A stretch of DNA of 64,000 nt from Eledone cirrhosa (GCA_964016885.1 OZ024745.1:66712001-66776000); one strand, 5' to 3'; positions 43,765-59,044 are shown, counted from the first letter of the stretch. Notes: generated from the letters alone by a model not told the origin. Numbers and translations: made by a program.

Positions 43765-43909
43765 CTACGACTGAATTGTCTGCACATAAATGATGCCAGT
43801 ATCAATAAAAAAATAAGTATTGACCGAATCGCAAGAGCGCCGGACAAAATATCTCGTAGTAGATTAAGAACAAATGAAGTTAATTTGGGACCGCAGCGTA
43901 GTAAGTGAA

Positions 43910-44245
43910 CACAAAATACATCGGAGAATATACGATGTTATTATCATTGAAAAATTGAAAAGACTACCGCATAATTGATATAGTTTCCCCAGGGAATAAT
44001 AGAGTATGTAAAATGAAAATCGAAAGATTGAGTTGTACAAAAGCTTCAGGAGAGAAGTTTACACAATGGCAATCATGGAAAAGATTGAAGTCTTACCAGT
44101 ATTAGTAGGTGCTATGTTGGATGTTAAAAACTACAATAAGAACATGGATTGAGGAATTTAGAATTGAGATACTACACTATTTCTTCAGAAGACAGGAATT
44201 TTGAAAATAGCTTGGATCTTGAGGACAATAATTGAAGCACAAAGA
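43910..44245 (+). pseudogene. Highly decayed RLE domain of an R4-like LINE
   Basis: Hand translation across frameshifts: 'HRRIYDVIIIEK', 'IIDIVSPGNNRV', 'KIEVLPVLVGA', 'LQKTGILKIAWILR'. Confidence 0.6.
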
Positions 44246-44265
44246 AAGAATAGCTGACAATCATT

Positions 44266-44458
44266 GGGCGGTGGATTGGCAGTATCGGTAGAAGGTCGGA
44301 CGCCACGCTTTGACGCATAGAGTTACGACCCTTGCCATTCTGAGTTCAAATCCCACCGAGGTTAACTTTGCCTTTCATCCTTACGGGGTCGATAAAATAA
44401 AGTACCAGTAATGCACTGGGTAATTTGGTGGCCTTGTGCCAACAGTGGAAACAATTAT
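44266..44458 (+). mobile_element. SINE family 1
   Basis: Homologous to 2684-2863. Confidence 0.85.
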
Positions 44459-46470
44459 TTAGTACTCCCTGAAAATAAGAAGTGGAAGGATAGATATGAA
44501 GAGAGAAATAGGCAGATACATAGACAGGTAAAAATCTATATAGATAGGTACGTTGAAAGGAAATCCTACTACTACTACTACTACTAATGCTGCTGTTGCT
44601 GAAGATGATGAGATGATGATGGTGAGGAGGCGGAGGGGGAGGAGGAGGCCTAATTCTGCAAACAGAAACGCCAATACTGACGACATGCTAAAACTTTTGA
44701 AATAAATGTCCATGCATGGCCAATACCTGTGTGTAGAAATAGACAAAAAGACAATGCCATAGAAACCTTACTCTGTGGTATTCGAATCCACGTAGATCGA
44801 AGCGAATCAACAAAGTATTAAGACCATTCACTACATGAATTACTACCTCATAAAACTCTCAACACTAACATTAACAATATATATCGTAACTATATTCAGA
44901 TATGATCAAAATATATCGATCTGGATAAAAAGATAATCAAAATGTGGTGACTAGTGTAGACAAATGCATAAACAAATTCGAAAGCCAGCAAATGAGCACA
45001 GCATATATACAATATCACTTCTTGACAGTGCATTTATAAAAGATATTACAAAGCTGACACAAAACATTGCACATTCTCAAGTTTCTTATAGCTGCGCTCG
45101 ATACTGTGGTTAAAACCCGCAAACATAATTAGACTAAATAGTAAAAGCATCAAAAACAACAATATTACTAATAAGGCAAGCTATTAATTTTATTTTTAAT
45201 ATATTTGGCATTGCACTACCACATTTCTTGGATAATTCATCATTCTCCTTGCTAACAATTCGTTAACCTGGAACGAAGCATTTGTTCCACAATGTACCAA
45301 ATTCTCGTAGAAGAATTGAAAAGATAGACGTATTTCTAAAACCAAGAGTACATAAAAAATGACTTCTGTTTCCATTGCCTAACAGACTATATATCACATC
45401 ATATCCATCATAATGCCACGCATGTTATGATATACTATATTTAATCTTAAATCTTACAAAATGCTCCAAATAGAACTGTGGTGCATGCTAGAGAATAAGA
45501 ACGTTAGCTAATATCACAAACCTTAATGATTTTCTTCAAGTATTTCACAATAATTTAGTTTACGAATTAACAATTCCACCATAAAGATTGTTTTATGCCT
45601 ATAAATTTAATGTAATTAGAATGCAGTCACACGCAATATATTTCAACATTGTTAACATTTCAGGGAATGATTGCGTAAATATATTTTTCTACGTGTTCAT
45701 TTGTACATTTTCTCATTTTTTTTTTTAAAGTTTAATCCTCAGTTTTCAAAAAAATTAAATATAAAAACAGAACAGATTTAATTTATTGGATAATACTGAT
45801 GATAGACAAAGGAACAGGGTAATTATTGTTTTTTGAAATACTGAAAATACATTAAAAACATTTCTTTCTCATATAGTTTATAGAAGATGTCAATGCTAAT
45901 TATGTATTTGGAAACGTGGTGCACTAAATGACAATTGTAATCATCTGCACCAATTAACATCGCGGCAATATTAGTTACAAATCAATGCGACTCAACTGCA
46001 ATTGCCTCATTGGGTGCTTATAAATAAATTCTTTAACGATTGAGACTGCAAAGCTATTCGTAGATGTAGTAATAATTCCCCGATAATTCGATAATTTGTG
46101 ATTATTCCAGTTTTCAACACTACTAAATTTAACTGACGAAACACTTCTTATAATGAAGATTCGAACTAAGCTGACAAGGGTTCTTGATTGGTTAAGTCTG
46201 AAGATATCGACGCAAAATTAAATAACCTTGGATAACATGTTACCTCGTTTGTAAACTATATGGATTCTAAACTCTGAGAGTGAGTGCACATGATATTTTA
46301 CGTCTATATTTTACTACCAGATTTGATCCTTACTGGATAGGTTGATTTTGATAGAAAAGAAACCTGACGGCAGTACATATGAAAGCATTGCTACATTAAA
46401 ATATGTTAACCACCTCACGTTTCCATTAGGTGTCTGTGATATAGAATAAAGATTAAAGTAATGATCTATA

Positions 46471-46800
46471 TTTAATGTATTGAGGTAAATCCTATTTCTC
46501 CAAGTCTGAAATAGAATTATCATTGTAATGTGGCGAAAGTCTGAGAAATCTAATAGAGGATATATAGTTCCCCCACTACCCCTGGCTCTCCTGCCAGTTG
46601 GTTTTGCCTATAAAATCTGTCTAGCAATTCTTTCCTAAGACATTCTAACCACAAGCCCATAGAAAGTGTGACTTCCAATTGATATGTTTAATGTATTGAG
46701 GTAAATCCTATTTCTCCAAGCGATGCTCACATGTGAAACAGAATTATCATTGTAATGTGGCGAAAGTCTGAGAAATCTAATAGAGGATATATAGTTCCCC
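46471..46800. repeat. Direct repeat of about 103 bp flanking a 110-bp RTE-like fragment
   Basis: 46471-46573 is repeated at 46688-46800 (with a small insertion). The middle resembles 48895-48975. Confidence 0.75.
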
Positions 46801-47519
46801 ATTTCGTTCATGCCATTGAATGTAGTCGTTCATGGTAGCAGGATAGACTCATAGAATCTCATATTTAAGTGACTTTAGGTGACGCGAAAGAAATAATGTC
46901 ACTTAAGATATCCAGTACTTCTAAAGAGAAATTAGGGACTACATTTTTATTCTTATGACGTGTACATATATAGTTTTGAAATATCATTTCAATTTTGTTC
47001 AAATTCTTGGAAATATCTGAATGTGTATAATACGTAATCTTTCTGGAATGTTCAAGAGAGATTACAAGAAATTAAGTTACCTCATTGTTTGCTACTTGGG
47101 TTGGTTTTTGCAGCCTAATATTTTTCTCGAATATGATAAGTGTGAGGATAAAACGCTTCATATTCTTTCAATATTTATGAAAATATTTTAACTACTAATC
47201 TGGACAAGGAGTAAAATTATATAATTGAAGATAACAGAAAATATGAATATTTGGTGGGATGCATACACACAGGAATGAATGCATGTATCAAACTTATCAC
47301 AAATTTTGTACATTTATTACATTAATCTATCATTAAATAAATTGTTGTTTTCTTACTATTTGTCAAGATATACTTAGAACTTTCTAATTGAATACATATA
47401 TCGATATACAGAAGTAATGGAAAGTCCAGTAAAATGAAATGATCAACGACAAACAAATTTGAGAGCATAGTAATATTAAATGGATGTCATTAAATATTTA
47501 CTATGTAATGTGTGTGAAA

Positions 47520-47832
47520 GTATGTGGCTTAGAGATTAGAGCGTTAACCTCACAATCGTAAGGTTGTACGAATCCCGGACCGGGGGTGCGGGTGCATTTT
47601 GTTCTTGAGCAAAAGACTTTATTTCCCGTTGCTCCAGTTTAGTTAGCCGTAGAAATTAGTTGTGACGTCACTCGTGCCAAGCTGTATCAGCCAATGTCTT
47701 TCCCTTGGACAACATCGGTTGCATGGAGAGGAGAGACTGGTATGCATGGGCGACTACTGGCCTTCCAAAAACGCAAATTTCCCAGGCTTGTGGCTCGGCG
47801 GAAAACCTTCTAGGTGCAAAGCTATGGTCATT
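47520..47832 (+). mobile_element. SINE family 2
   Basis: Homologous to 3880-4157. Confidence 0.75.
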
Positions 47833-48483
47833 ATTGGTAAACATAAAGGTGGTGATTTTATTAACCACCTGTTTTTATAATGAGGACTCGTGTTTGCATC
47901 TGCATATATGTTTTCTTGCTGATAACATATTATATTGTGGCATACGTACGTTATTGGTATTTCTGTTTATATAACAAAAGAGGACATTGATAATTTGGAC
48001 ACAACTTGCTATTGCATTAGTAGAGAGAATTCAATATGCAATAGAGCCTGAACATTTCCATCACTACCAACATTTCAGAATCAGGTGTGTTTCGTTGCTT
48101 CAGGTATGAATGCGTCTTTTGTATCTACGATACGTGTTAATTAAAGGCGAAACGTTTCTTTAAATATTGCGACTGCCCAGAGCAATCTTAGTTTTTATTT
48201 TCCTGTTAATTTACTCCTCACAATTTCTATATAAGCTTTACATACATTTACGAATTGTGATTGGATTTTAAATTATATATTTATCACTATTTAGAAATAT
48301 AGCGCTCTGGTTCGGACAGTTCTAATATGGAAATATAGGTTATATCCAAATATTATACATCCATATAATATTGTATGCTCTCAAATTGGCTTGTCGCTGC
48401 TTGTTTCATTTCTCTAGACTTTCCATTACTTCTGTCAACCGTCAGGAAAATGAAAAGTCAATTGAATTATACTGATGATAATC

Positions 48484-48527
<44 letters not shown>

Positions 48528-48604
48528 TAGATATAGATAGACATATATATATATATGTACACACATATATATATATATATATATATATGTGTATATATAT
48601 ATAT

Positions 48605-48675
<71 letters not shown>

Positions 48676-48739
48676 CTGAGTAAACACCCCACAGTAATGA
48701 TGGAAATACATACGCACCAATACACACACTCATGCACAC

Positions 48740-50370
48740 TTCTTCTTCGCCTAATTATTACTGAAAGAGTCCTAAACACTCCTACCAGCGCGTCCTGTCA
48801 GAAGCAACCGTCACCAGCTGATCCGGCTGGATTCCTAAGCGAGACCAGCCAAGCTCATGGATGTCATCCAACCATCTTGCTCTGGGTCTAACCTTGGGTC
48901 TCCTACCTGCTGGTTTTGCCCGTAAAATCTGTTCTTCGATTCTTTCCTGGGTCATTCTAACTACATGCCCATAGTATCGGTGCTCTGATCTCTCAATTCG
49001 GAGTCGTAGCAGCTCTACCTCGAGTGACTCTCTAATATCCGAACTATGAACTCTATCGTATTACTGCACCAGCTCCTGCAATTCTTGCCCTTATTTAAGC
49101 CTTCTTACTTCCATCAGCCGTGAACAGGGTCCCGAGATATTTGAACTTCTTTATCTGCTTCAGTGGAACTCCATTCACATGTAAAGTGTACTGCGCAGCC
49201 TTCCTTGAAAAGATGAGTGTCTCAGTTTCTGCAGGATTGATTTTCATCCCAGCCATGCATGACGCGCCATCAAACCTATCAAATGCAAGTCAGAGATCAC
49301 CTTCTGTCAAGTTACGTAACACAATGTCGTCTGCAAATTCCAGCCAACTGATTTTATACGCGCTAGTCTTGATATCACTTCCAGCCCGGCTGCGCGTGTC
49401 AATCCTGTTCATGTAAATAATGAACAGGAAAGGTGACAGGACGCACACTTGGCAGACTTTGACTCTCACATTGAATGGTTTCGATTTAGCACCATTAATT
49501 AAACCATAAATACTCGGGCGTTTGTATGGATACATCAGGGCAACAAGAAGCTGACCATCGATCCCATACTCCCCCAGAACCTTCCACAGCAGGTCCTAAG
49601 GAATATGGTCATATGCCTTTTGAAGGACGCCAAAACAATAATTTATTTCTTGGCAATACTTCCCCAATTTCTCGAAGACGTGCCGCAGTGTGAATATTTG
49701 TTCGGCTGTGCTGCGTCCGGGGTGAAAACTGCACTATTCAAAGCTGTTGAATAGTTTGTACTCGGCAATCTCCCAGCATCCCTTTGCCAGACTTTACCGG
49801 CGAAGCTTAAGAAGTAATTCCTTCTTTAGTTGAAACAGTCTCTCCTCCCTCCCCTTTTTGAACATTGGGATTATCACACACAATTGCCAATGCTTCGGTT
49901 CCTTTCCAGAGATCCAGAGTACCCGTCACACATGAGTCAGCCAGAGAATACCTTCTGCATTTAAGGCTTTTAACCTTGGGCCGGATTTCATTTTTTCCAG
50001 CAACCTTGCAACATTTGAGCTCTTTAACTGCTCTTATGACCTCAGCCTCTGAGAGACTAGTCATATACACCCAGATGCTCCTCATGTACATCCGAAGACG
50101 CTGCTTTGGAGGAGGATTTCATACTTCGAAGTCGATGGATGGTCTGCCAGATCACTTTATTTGCTAATCTGAAGTCGGATTCCAGCTTAACCGCAAAGAC
50201 CTCCAACGTCTTAACGTTACACGCCTTTATTGTCTCTGCTGAGATTCTTCATGCCTGCTTGTACCGCCAGTGCAGGAAGAAGGACTTATTTGCAAGCCAA
50301 GCTTTGCAAGTCTTCTTCTTTGCTCGGATGGCATTTTTGCGCTCTTGTTTGAACGAAGGGGAAATAATTT
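48740..50370 (-). mobile_element. Degenerate RTE-clade LINE (RT domain and C-terminus)
   Basis: 'SEAEVIRAVKELK..KVAG..EIRP', 'KAYD.IP...LWKVL.EYG', 'CVLSPFLFIIYM', 'LEFADDIVL', 'FKYLG', 'RPRVRPRARWLDDI'. Confidence 0.9.
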
Positions 50371-50434
50371 CACAGAATATTCACTACGCGTATGTAGTGG
50401 GTCAACGCCGTATTCACATATAGTACTAGAACTC

Positions 50435-50870
<436 letters not shown>

Positions 50871-51445
50871 CAAAAAATACTGAAGAAGCAAAGTGAAAAA
50901 CGTGAAAAACATAAAACCAATAGAGAAAGAAAGGGCAGAAGATTTTGCAAGCTATTTATTTCCACCAACATTGTAAGTAAATTTAGCCCCAGTTATTACC
51001 TATTGACAGATTACTCAAGTGATAATCTTATCAAAACAAAGGAGTACCAGGAAAACAGGCCGCAACAAAACATTAATATATTATCCTAACAACGCAAAAT
51101 TATTTGTAGCGAATTAAAGTACATACAAACATAAATGGACATATATATATATATATATATATGTGTGTGGGTGTGGGTGTGTATGTGTGTGTGTGTGTGT
51201 ATGTGTGTGTATACTTTCATTTGCTACAAATAATGTGGCGTGGCTAGGATTGTACACGCATATATGTGTATGTTTCTGTGTGCCTGGATATGTGCTGATC
51301 GACAATATCTGTGATGTCAACTAGTTATGAATAAACAAAACATATACGAATCAAACGGGTTGTACTTTTCTTTTAATGTATTACCTAAAGCAGTACACAT
51401 CTGTCTGGATTGGTTAATTCCTGTTACAAACACATACACACAAAC

Positions 51446-51499
<54 letters not shown>

Positions 51500-51672
51500 C
51501 GGCGATGAATTAGTTTTGCGAGGTTTTTTAGTCAATGGCAACATTGAGGACCGAGTAAGTTAGATTACCGATATAAAAGACACAGAAGCGAGAAGCGAAA
51601 ACCAACCAAACAGTGAGTGTGTTCTGTTATTAATTCTGGCAATATTACACAAATATGACCCTCCCCAAGTAT

Positions 51673-51748
<76 letters not shown>

Positions 51749-51795
51749 GTTTGTGTGTATGTGTGTGTAACAGGAATTAACACCAATCCAGACAG

Positions 51796-51826
<31 letters not shown>

Positions 51827-52249
51827 CTTAATCAGCTAAGTAATTACCATAACACGGAACATATTTTATTAGCAGAGTATGAACGAATATTTTACGCTAA
51901 ATTACCTACCACAATCTACTACACACGGCTATTTTGGTGTAATGCTCTGAGGCGGATGAGCAGTAGTTACATGTCTGTTTGATATAGTGGTGAGATAAGT
52001 GTGCACTTAAAAAACTGTATACTCTTCACTGAGTCATTCATAGATTATTTGAAGATATAAGAGGCTGTACAAGGTTGTTATATGGCTATTTCAATACGAA
52101 AATAAATCTTATCGCTTGTGACTATTGTAACCGTGAAGTACCGTATTAATTAATATGGAGTACTGACCAATTACCTGCTTTGTAGTCCTACACTTTCGAT
52201 TGTAGACACTTGTGCGGGTAAAGAAATGGGTAAGCTTCTTCAAATCTTT

Positions 52250-53300
52250 AATTAATAGTTCACTTGTGTTTATATATGAAGAGGAGAAAGAGATGAGGAG
52301 TAATATATACAGATTTTGGCAGTTGTAAATGTGTATTTGTCACAGGACAGCTGCAGTTATGGTACCTGAAGGAGCTGTGAATATTCAAGTTAGACAGAAC
52401 GTAATAATCTATGTAGGTAAATTCAGTCATGAATACACTTTTATTGAATATCATCTGAAGTTTTAAGAAACCGGAATGATAAGGAAAACATTTGTGTTGC
52501 GGAAGATATAAGGTAATGAAACTATTTGTCATAGAAGATGGTTCATGTTTAAATAGAGATAGCGTCCTATGGGGACATATTGAAGAGGTGGATGATTGTA
52601 TCTTAACTTTTATTTTAGAGGGATTCTGCTGGGGAAATGTACGTCTTAATTCACAGGTGACTTGTGAAATATTCACCGCAAAGATAGACAGTAACACAGG
52701 GAAATTATAAGCTAAAATAAAAATGCACCTGGTATTTTCTTATGGACATTTCATTTGACAAAGTTTATTTAATCATTTGACTGGAACAATTACATTAGTT
52801 TTCATGTTTGTGTTTGGTCGTGGGACAATATTTTGTAATGTCTAATGGGTCTGAATAGGCGTGCTGGAAGCCTCCGTAACATTAAATATTCTCTAGGTAA
52901 GTAACGTCGGTGTAGTAGATGTTGAATTTGAATTTCATTAGACGGATGTGGCTCGGAAAGAAAATTTGTTAAGGATGAGTTCAAGGAAAATACTATGTTG
53001 GTTAAGTCGGATTAAACAATATATTTATTGCGGGATATGAAATGTGACAATGAAATATAGGTCGCTTTAAGCGTAGACTAGAAGTAACATAAGTTAAAAT
53101 GGTCGTGTGTCTAGTTTCTAGTTGTAGCTTGTATTTTCCAATGGGTAGCCTTCTATTAGTAGACATAAAGGATGTTTCAGAGTAGCATTCCAGATACTTC
53201 AACGACACTATTTGTTTTCGTATTTTCGTCCATCGACTGATTGCTATACATAACGAATGTGGTGCACGTGATGCCATGAACAGGTTGTTGCTATACAACA
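52250..53300. pseudogene. Possible very old PLE RT remnant with a 5' inversion near 53000
   Basis: Minus strand 'FLSEPHPS../MKFKFNIYYTDVTYLE' resembles the PLE 'HPS.KF....V.FLD' motif. Plus strand 'ACIF', 'RYFNDTI' resemble RT motifs 4-5. Weak. Confidence 0.35.
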
Positions 53301-53864
53301 ATAACAATTTGACTTTTCCGCCTGTATTTAGTATTTTTATTTTGTTCAAGATAACATGTTTAAGTTCTACTCTTTCTCTCTTTGTTTTTCTCTCTCTATT
53401 TCTCTTTCTTCTCCTCTAAGTTTTCTCTATCTCTCACCCTGGCTTCCTATTGTCCATGTATCTATCTCATCTCTATGATGTTTCACGCAGTTGTTACGGG
53501 TGTTCTGCATGTGACACACATTTTAAGTCTCCTCTTAATACGTTTGACTCCATAACGTCGGCGTTTCATCTTTCTACTCATAGTGATTTGTAGCAAACGT
53601 CTACCCCTGTAAACATCCCCTGTACATCTCCAATTCCTTCGATTAGTTATTAACCTTATTTATATGGATATTCAGATTTATTTGTAAACTTATATGATGC
53701 TGATTGATTCAGTCTTATACTCGATTAAACTCACACTCATTTATAAATTAATGTGCTGAGCATTGTCATTAATTCTTTAAACTCTGTACAACCAATGATA
53801 AAAAAAACATGTCGCATAATATCTAGATTCTTAACAATAACAATACATTTGATATTAAATAGAA

Positions 53865-54055
53865 AATAATTGTTTCTACTTTAGGCACAAGGCCAGCAAT
53901 TACCCAGGGCATTACTGGTACTTTATTTTATCGACCCCGTAAGGATGAAAGGCAAAGTCAACCTCGGCGGGATTTGAACTCAGATCGTAAAGGGAAGTAA
54001 CTATGCTACAAAGCATGGCGTCCGACCCTCTACCGATACTGCCAATCCACCGCCC
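53865..54055 (-). mobile_element. SINE family 1
   Basis: Reverse-complement homologue of 44266-44458. Confidence 0.85.
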
Positions 54056-54829
54056 TTTAAATAGAAAATAATGTGAGCTACCATACCATGTAGACATGCT
54101 AACAAAGCTTGTATTTTGTGCAAATCGGAATCATAACAGTTAGTCGATCTAGATAATAAACGTGCTAAATTATTTCCAGCTGCATTTACCAAAGATAAAA
54201 TAAAACCATTCAATTGATTTGAATAACACATAATATAGAATGTATGATTCCTGAAAACACTTGAAAGGAACTATTGACATATTAATACATCTTGGTACGC
54301 TTCTGACATTTTACTTCACTAATGTTGTTTATGTATTAATTAGTTATTGATTATAAGTATTCATATACAATTTTATCTATTTTCTATGCGAAAAGGCACT
54401 ACATACTAATTATTTTTGAAACTTCAACATTTCGGAATTAAATTGTAACCAAATATGATCATCACCACATATCGGAAGGAAGGTGTAGCATACAATTCAA
54501 AGATACTGGTGTTTTCTTTTTTTATTCGAATACAATAATTTCTCCCAAATATTTCCAAATAATTTCTCCTAGTAATATAAACGGCGAGAATTCAATGCAC
54601 ACTATATCTTTTTTTTATAAAGTATTTACCAAATCTTACATACACCTTTTGTCTACCTACATTGTGTATTTAATAATAACAAAAGTGTAACATTGTCCTA
54701 TATCGGAAACAAAACCTTGACGTAAATATTCGTCTTACAAACATAGTTTTCTTAAAAGGGATAATAATATTAATAATAATAATAAGAGGTGTTACCTCAG
54801 TTCACTGGTAGTGAACATCTAACACTATA

Positions 54830-55003
54830 CAGGTAAAATTCTGTTGTAACGAATACCATTATAACGAATTTTTCAGTATAACAATTTTTTTTCAATGCCC
54901 GGCCACACGCTCGATGTGTTAGGTCGATCTCGTTATAAGGGATTTTTCGTTACAACGAATTTTGTTTAGACCTCGTGATTTTCGTTATAACGCAATTTCA
55001 CTG
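54830..55003. mobile_element. Tc1/mariner (pogo/Tigger-like) MITE
   Basis: TA|CAGGTAAAATTCTGTTGTAACGAA ... TTCGTTATAACGCAATTTCACTG|TA, with internal repeats of the 'cgttataacg' motif. Confidence 0.75.
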
Positions 55004-55728
55004 TAACACTTCTCCAGTGTTAGAAGCTGAACGAAGAAACAATAATAATAATTCTGCTATTGAATCTGTAATTTTCTGGAAATCGTGTCATTCATTCTGT
55101 AAATATTGCTCCTATAACGGGAGAGATTTAGTCACATGAATACACCAATTTAGATGCCTGCACATTTGTTAGATTTAGAATTCTTAAAACAAGCTTTGCT
55201 AATAATTTTTCTTAAGAGTATAATATATCCATGGAGACCAAAGTGAACAGAGGGACCTGAAACACTTTCCTTATTTAATCTTCTGATGTCTTTCCTGATT
55301 CTTTGACATTCAACATGGTGTGGATGAATTAGACTAAGTGATACGCTTATAAATTTAGATGTACCGTCCTTACCAATGGCTCAAATTTAATTCCATGAAA
55401 CAATACACACAATAACACACGTTAATAACAATATGTAAACACAGTAATACACTTCATTATTCAGAAACCAATGTAAAGTCTTAAAGAATAACTCCTCTGA
55501 TGAGTGTACGGATTAATCCAATATAGGTTATTTCAATAATTTGTTTCTTCTATGTAATATATGTAATATATATATATATTGCCAGAAGTATATAATAAAA
55601 CACACATATTTAACAATATTTGTTTCAACACACGTTCAATAAACTTGCAAAGCAAATGAGCTTCCAACAGAAATGGTCGCATTCTTTAAGGGTATGTCAA
55701 TATTTATTTATAAAACTGATCTATATTA

Positions 55729-55793
55729 TATTTTATCTGATGAAAGCACACCATAATTTAACTTGGTGTCCTTGAAATATGTATAATGAAATA
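55729..55793 (+). ncRNA. Minimal type-I hammerhead ribozyme, family B (diverged copy)
   Basis: tattttat CTGATGA aag c acacca taatttaact tggtgt c ctt GAAA tatgta TA atgaaata. Stem II has a different sequence but still pairs relative to the 8304 copy. Confidence 0.85.
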
Positions 55794-55925
55794 AATATGG
55801 TTTTATAAATATAGTTTCCATTTGTTAATATATCGTATTTTTACTCCAATAATTTGTTGAGTGCTTTATATCAGTTACAAAAATATGTGCTTGTTGTATC
55901 CCAACAATTTAAATAAAACTTCTAC

Positions 55926-55980
<55 letters not shown>

Positions 55981-56006
55981 TATATATATATACATATATA
56001 TATATA

Positions 56007-56184
<178 letters not shown>

Positions 56185-56282
56185 TATATATATATATATA
56201 ATATATAAACAAATTCAGAAACGATATATATATATATATCAAAATGAAAATCCGAAGGCAAGGTAAAATTCCAATCATTTAA

Positions 56283-56356
56283 TCACGACACGTGTTTCAA
56301 TAAGAGGTAGATCGATTGTGAAGCCATGATCGATTATCACTGATCTCATCAGGTGA
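56283..56356 (-). ncRNA. Type-I hammerhead ribozyme with long stem II and CACGTG loop
   Basis: Reverse complement: tcac CTGATGA gatcagtgata atcgat catggcttcaca atcgat ctacctcttatt GAAA cacgtg TC gtga; GUC site. Confidence 0.8.
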
Positions 56357-57200
56357 AAATGAATTGTCTTCAAATTCTTGATATGAGGGAGAAAAATAAC
56401 GATGTTCTCTCACAGAATTCATTCCCTCATATTCATTCCCACACCAGTCAGAGACACGGCGACTGCTATTAACTTCAGTTGAGATCATAAGAGTTGTCAG
56501 ATTTCTATCGCTGCAAAAGACGCTGGACATCAATCAAGTCTGTAGGGATATAGTTAATGTGAGTGGGTACACACGCACTCTACACCCACATACACCGGAT
56601 CCAGGTCAAAGAAAGAAATTATATACATATATATACACACATCAACACAGTATCAAATCTGTAGAACTACAAAAGGGCACAGTTAGTGTGGGTGGGTACA
56701 CACAAACTCTCACACACACCGAAGCGATGTCAGAGAAAAAAAACAAATATCACAAAACAAATATAAGAATGTACCAATACAGCATTCACCGAAAGTTAGT
56801 TCACAAAACAGATGCTACATTGGTCAAATCTCAATTTGCCGATGTAAATTGGAAATATTGGGTTAACCAACGCCCCATACACACACACACACAAGCAAGT
56901 AAGTTCAGTTCAGTGTTCTGCTATACATGTATAGATTGAATTGTAACATCCATTTTCAAGTGTATGTTATGGTATATACACATCCGAATCGTCCAAAAAA
57001 GGCTATGTCCATGTGAAGAGCAAGCAATCAGTTCATATCAAACTCAGTATGCACCGCTGTCCCATTGAGAATCCAAGTCACCAAATCCGTGCGTGCAACC
57101 AACCGCAATGTAGGCCAGCAAGGGGCTCCGTGTAGGGTTGGGTATTGGGTAAATGCGGCAGTAAGTGCGATTTCCCGTTATATGGGCCAAAGTTCATAAC

Positions 57201-57252
<52 letters not shown>

Positions 57253-57638
57253 CACAAGAATAACACAAACACAGATGCAAGAACCAAAGAAGGCGTAAAT
57301 GAATGTTTCAAAATATGGGACATAATTTTCTATTCAAGAAATAGCAAAAGTCGGACAAAGAGATGTTTGGAACACCGGTGGTTGGGATGTTTGACATATA
57401 TATATATTTAATATATATATATGTATGTATGCAATATATATATATATATATATATATAGGAATTAGTAAGACCCCGACGGCTGAGCTCAAGCCGTTTCGA
57501 CGGCTAATTCTGTACGTCGAAACGGCTTGAGCTCAGCCGTCGGGGTTTTACTTGTTCCTATTACCCACTCTACTACCCTAAGTATTGAGTACTTTGGTGC
57601 GTTATGGTCCACTTGGTTCCTTACCACATTTCCTTCGT

Positions 57639-57687
<49 letters not shown>

Positions 57688-59044
57688 TTATACATATATG
57701 TTCGCATATATGTATTCCTGTATTTATACATATATGTTCGTATATGTATCTGTAACGTTTGTGAATACAATATGGAATATAGACAATTTTTCGGATTTTC
57801 TTTTACAAATTACAGGAATGAAAACCACACTCTCTAGAAGAAAACTGTTTTACACATCAGAACCTTTCGTATAGCTAATCAAAAACTTTATACCTCATAT
57901 GGAAAAGGTTGTAGAAGCCAACAGGAAAATATCTCCACTTTTCATACACAATTACAAAACAACTTCTCTTTCACTTGTCTTGTTGCATTTCAATAGTTCT
58001 AACTCACAGTAACATAAATACGTTCGTTGAAAGAAGCTATTCATGAATATGGCAATCGTCTATTGTTTTTATTATTTAGCGTTTTTGCAACTGAAGATTT
58101 TTCCCTTCTTATAAGCATTGTTTGTCTCATTGAATGGATACTATAAATAACTTCTCATTTCTTCGTCTGCTAATACGTTATAGTTGAAGATGTTGCCATC
58201 GCTTATATAACAGCATGATTAACTGTGCTAATATTTTCAGCTGTATTAGTCTATGATACATCATTTAATGCTCGATGACTTTACGAGAGTCACTTCTTCT
58301 GTAATGAGGAACCATTTTTGACTTGTTGATATAGTATTGCAAATTTATAACCTCAAACTCATTACGTATTGACTGCAAAGATAATGAGACACGAACATCT
58401 ATTGTCTTTACATATATGATCAATATAACAAAAGTAAAAGAAAGCATTTGTGAAACCATGAACCAACAACTAATTGAATGGATACCGCTGAGTTATTTAA
58501 TTATGCATTGATATAGGTAAAGAATTGATGGCGCTGTATTTGATTTTCCTTGACATAGAAATTTGTGAGTTGATTTTCATAAGTATAATTTTTCTGGTCA
58601 GTTATAATCGGAGAATCAGAAAAAGCCCGAATTATAAACAATTGCACCTAATTATTAAAATTTCTTGTATTTTAGACACTTACACCACTGTTTCAATGAT
58701 ATCAACTTTTATGCGTTTTCCGTGTCATTAGCAACTTAAATATCATTAACTACGCCAAACTTTGGTTCGAATCTAGGTTTAGGTGGTGTATAATTCCCTA
58801 CAATAATAATGGGAAATCATTTAAAAGCAATAAGGTATGTAGATAAAAAGGATTTCTTCTTTGTTGGTGAATTTTTCTTTTTTGTGAGAGGATTGGGTTT
58901 ATTTATATTTGTGGCTGTCTTTGTGTATTGGAATTATTCATCTTCTTGAAACAGTCAAAATGACATGATACGTTGATCATTCATAATGTAACGCAGGCAA
59001 CTAAATATCCTTTAAAAATTAATATTTATCACTATGATTCACTA

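Noticed and set aside
55496-55530. Isolated CTGATGA motifs (also about 3090, 9080, 32733, 34403)
   Set aside because: No matching stem II-GAAA-UH-stem I arrangement.
56297-56533. 78-aa minus-strand ORF
   Set aside because: Overlaps the hammerhead at 56283-56356 in a repeat 3' region; no homology recognised.
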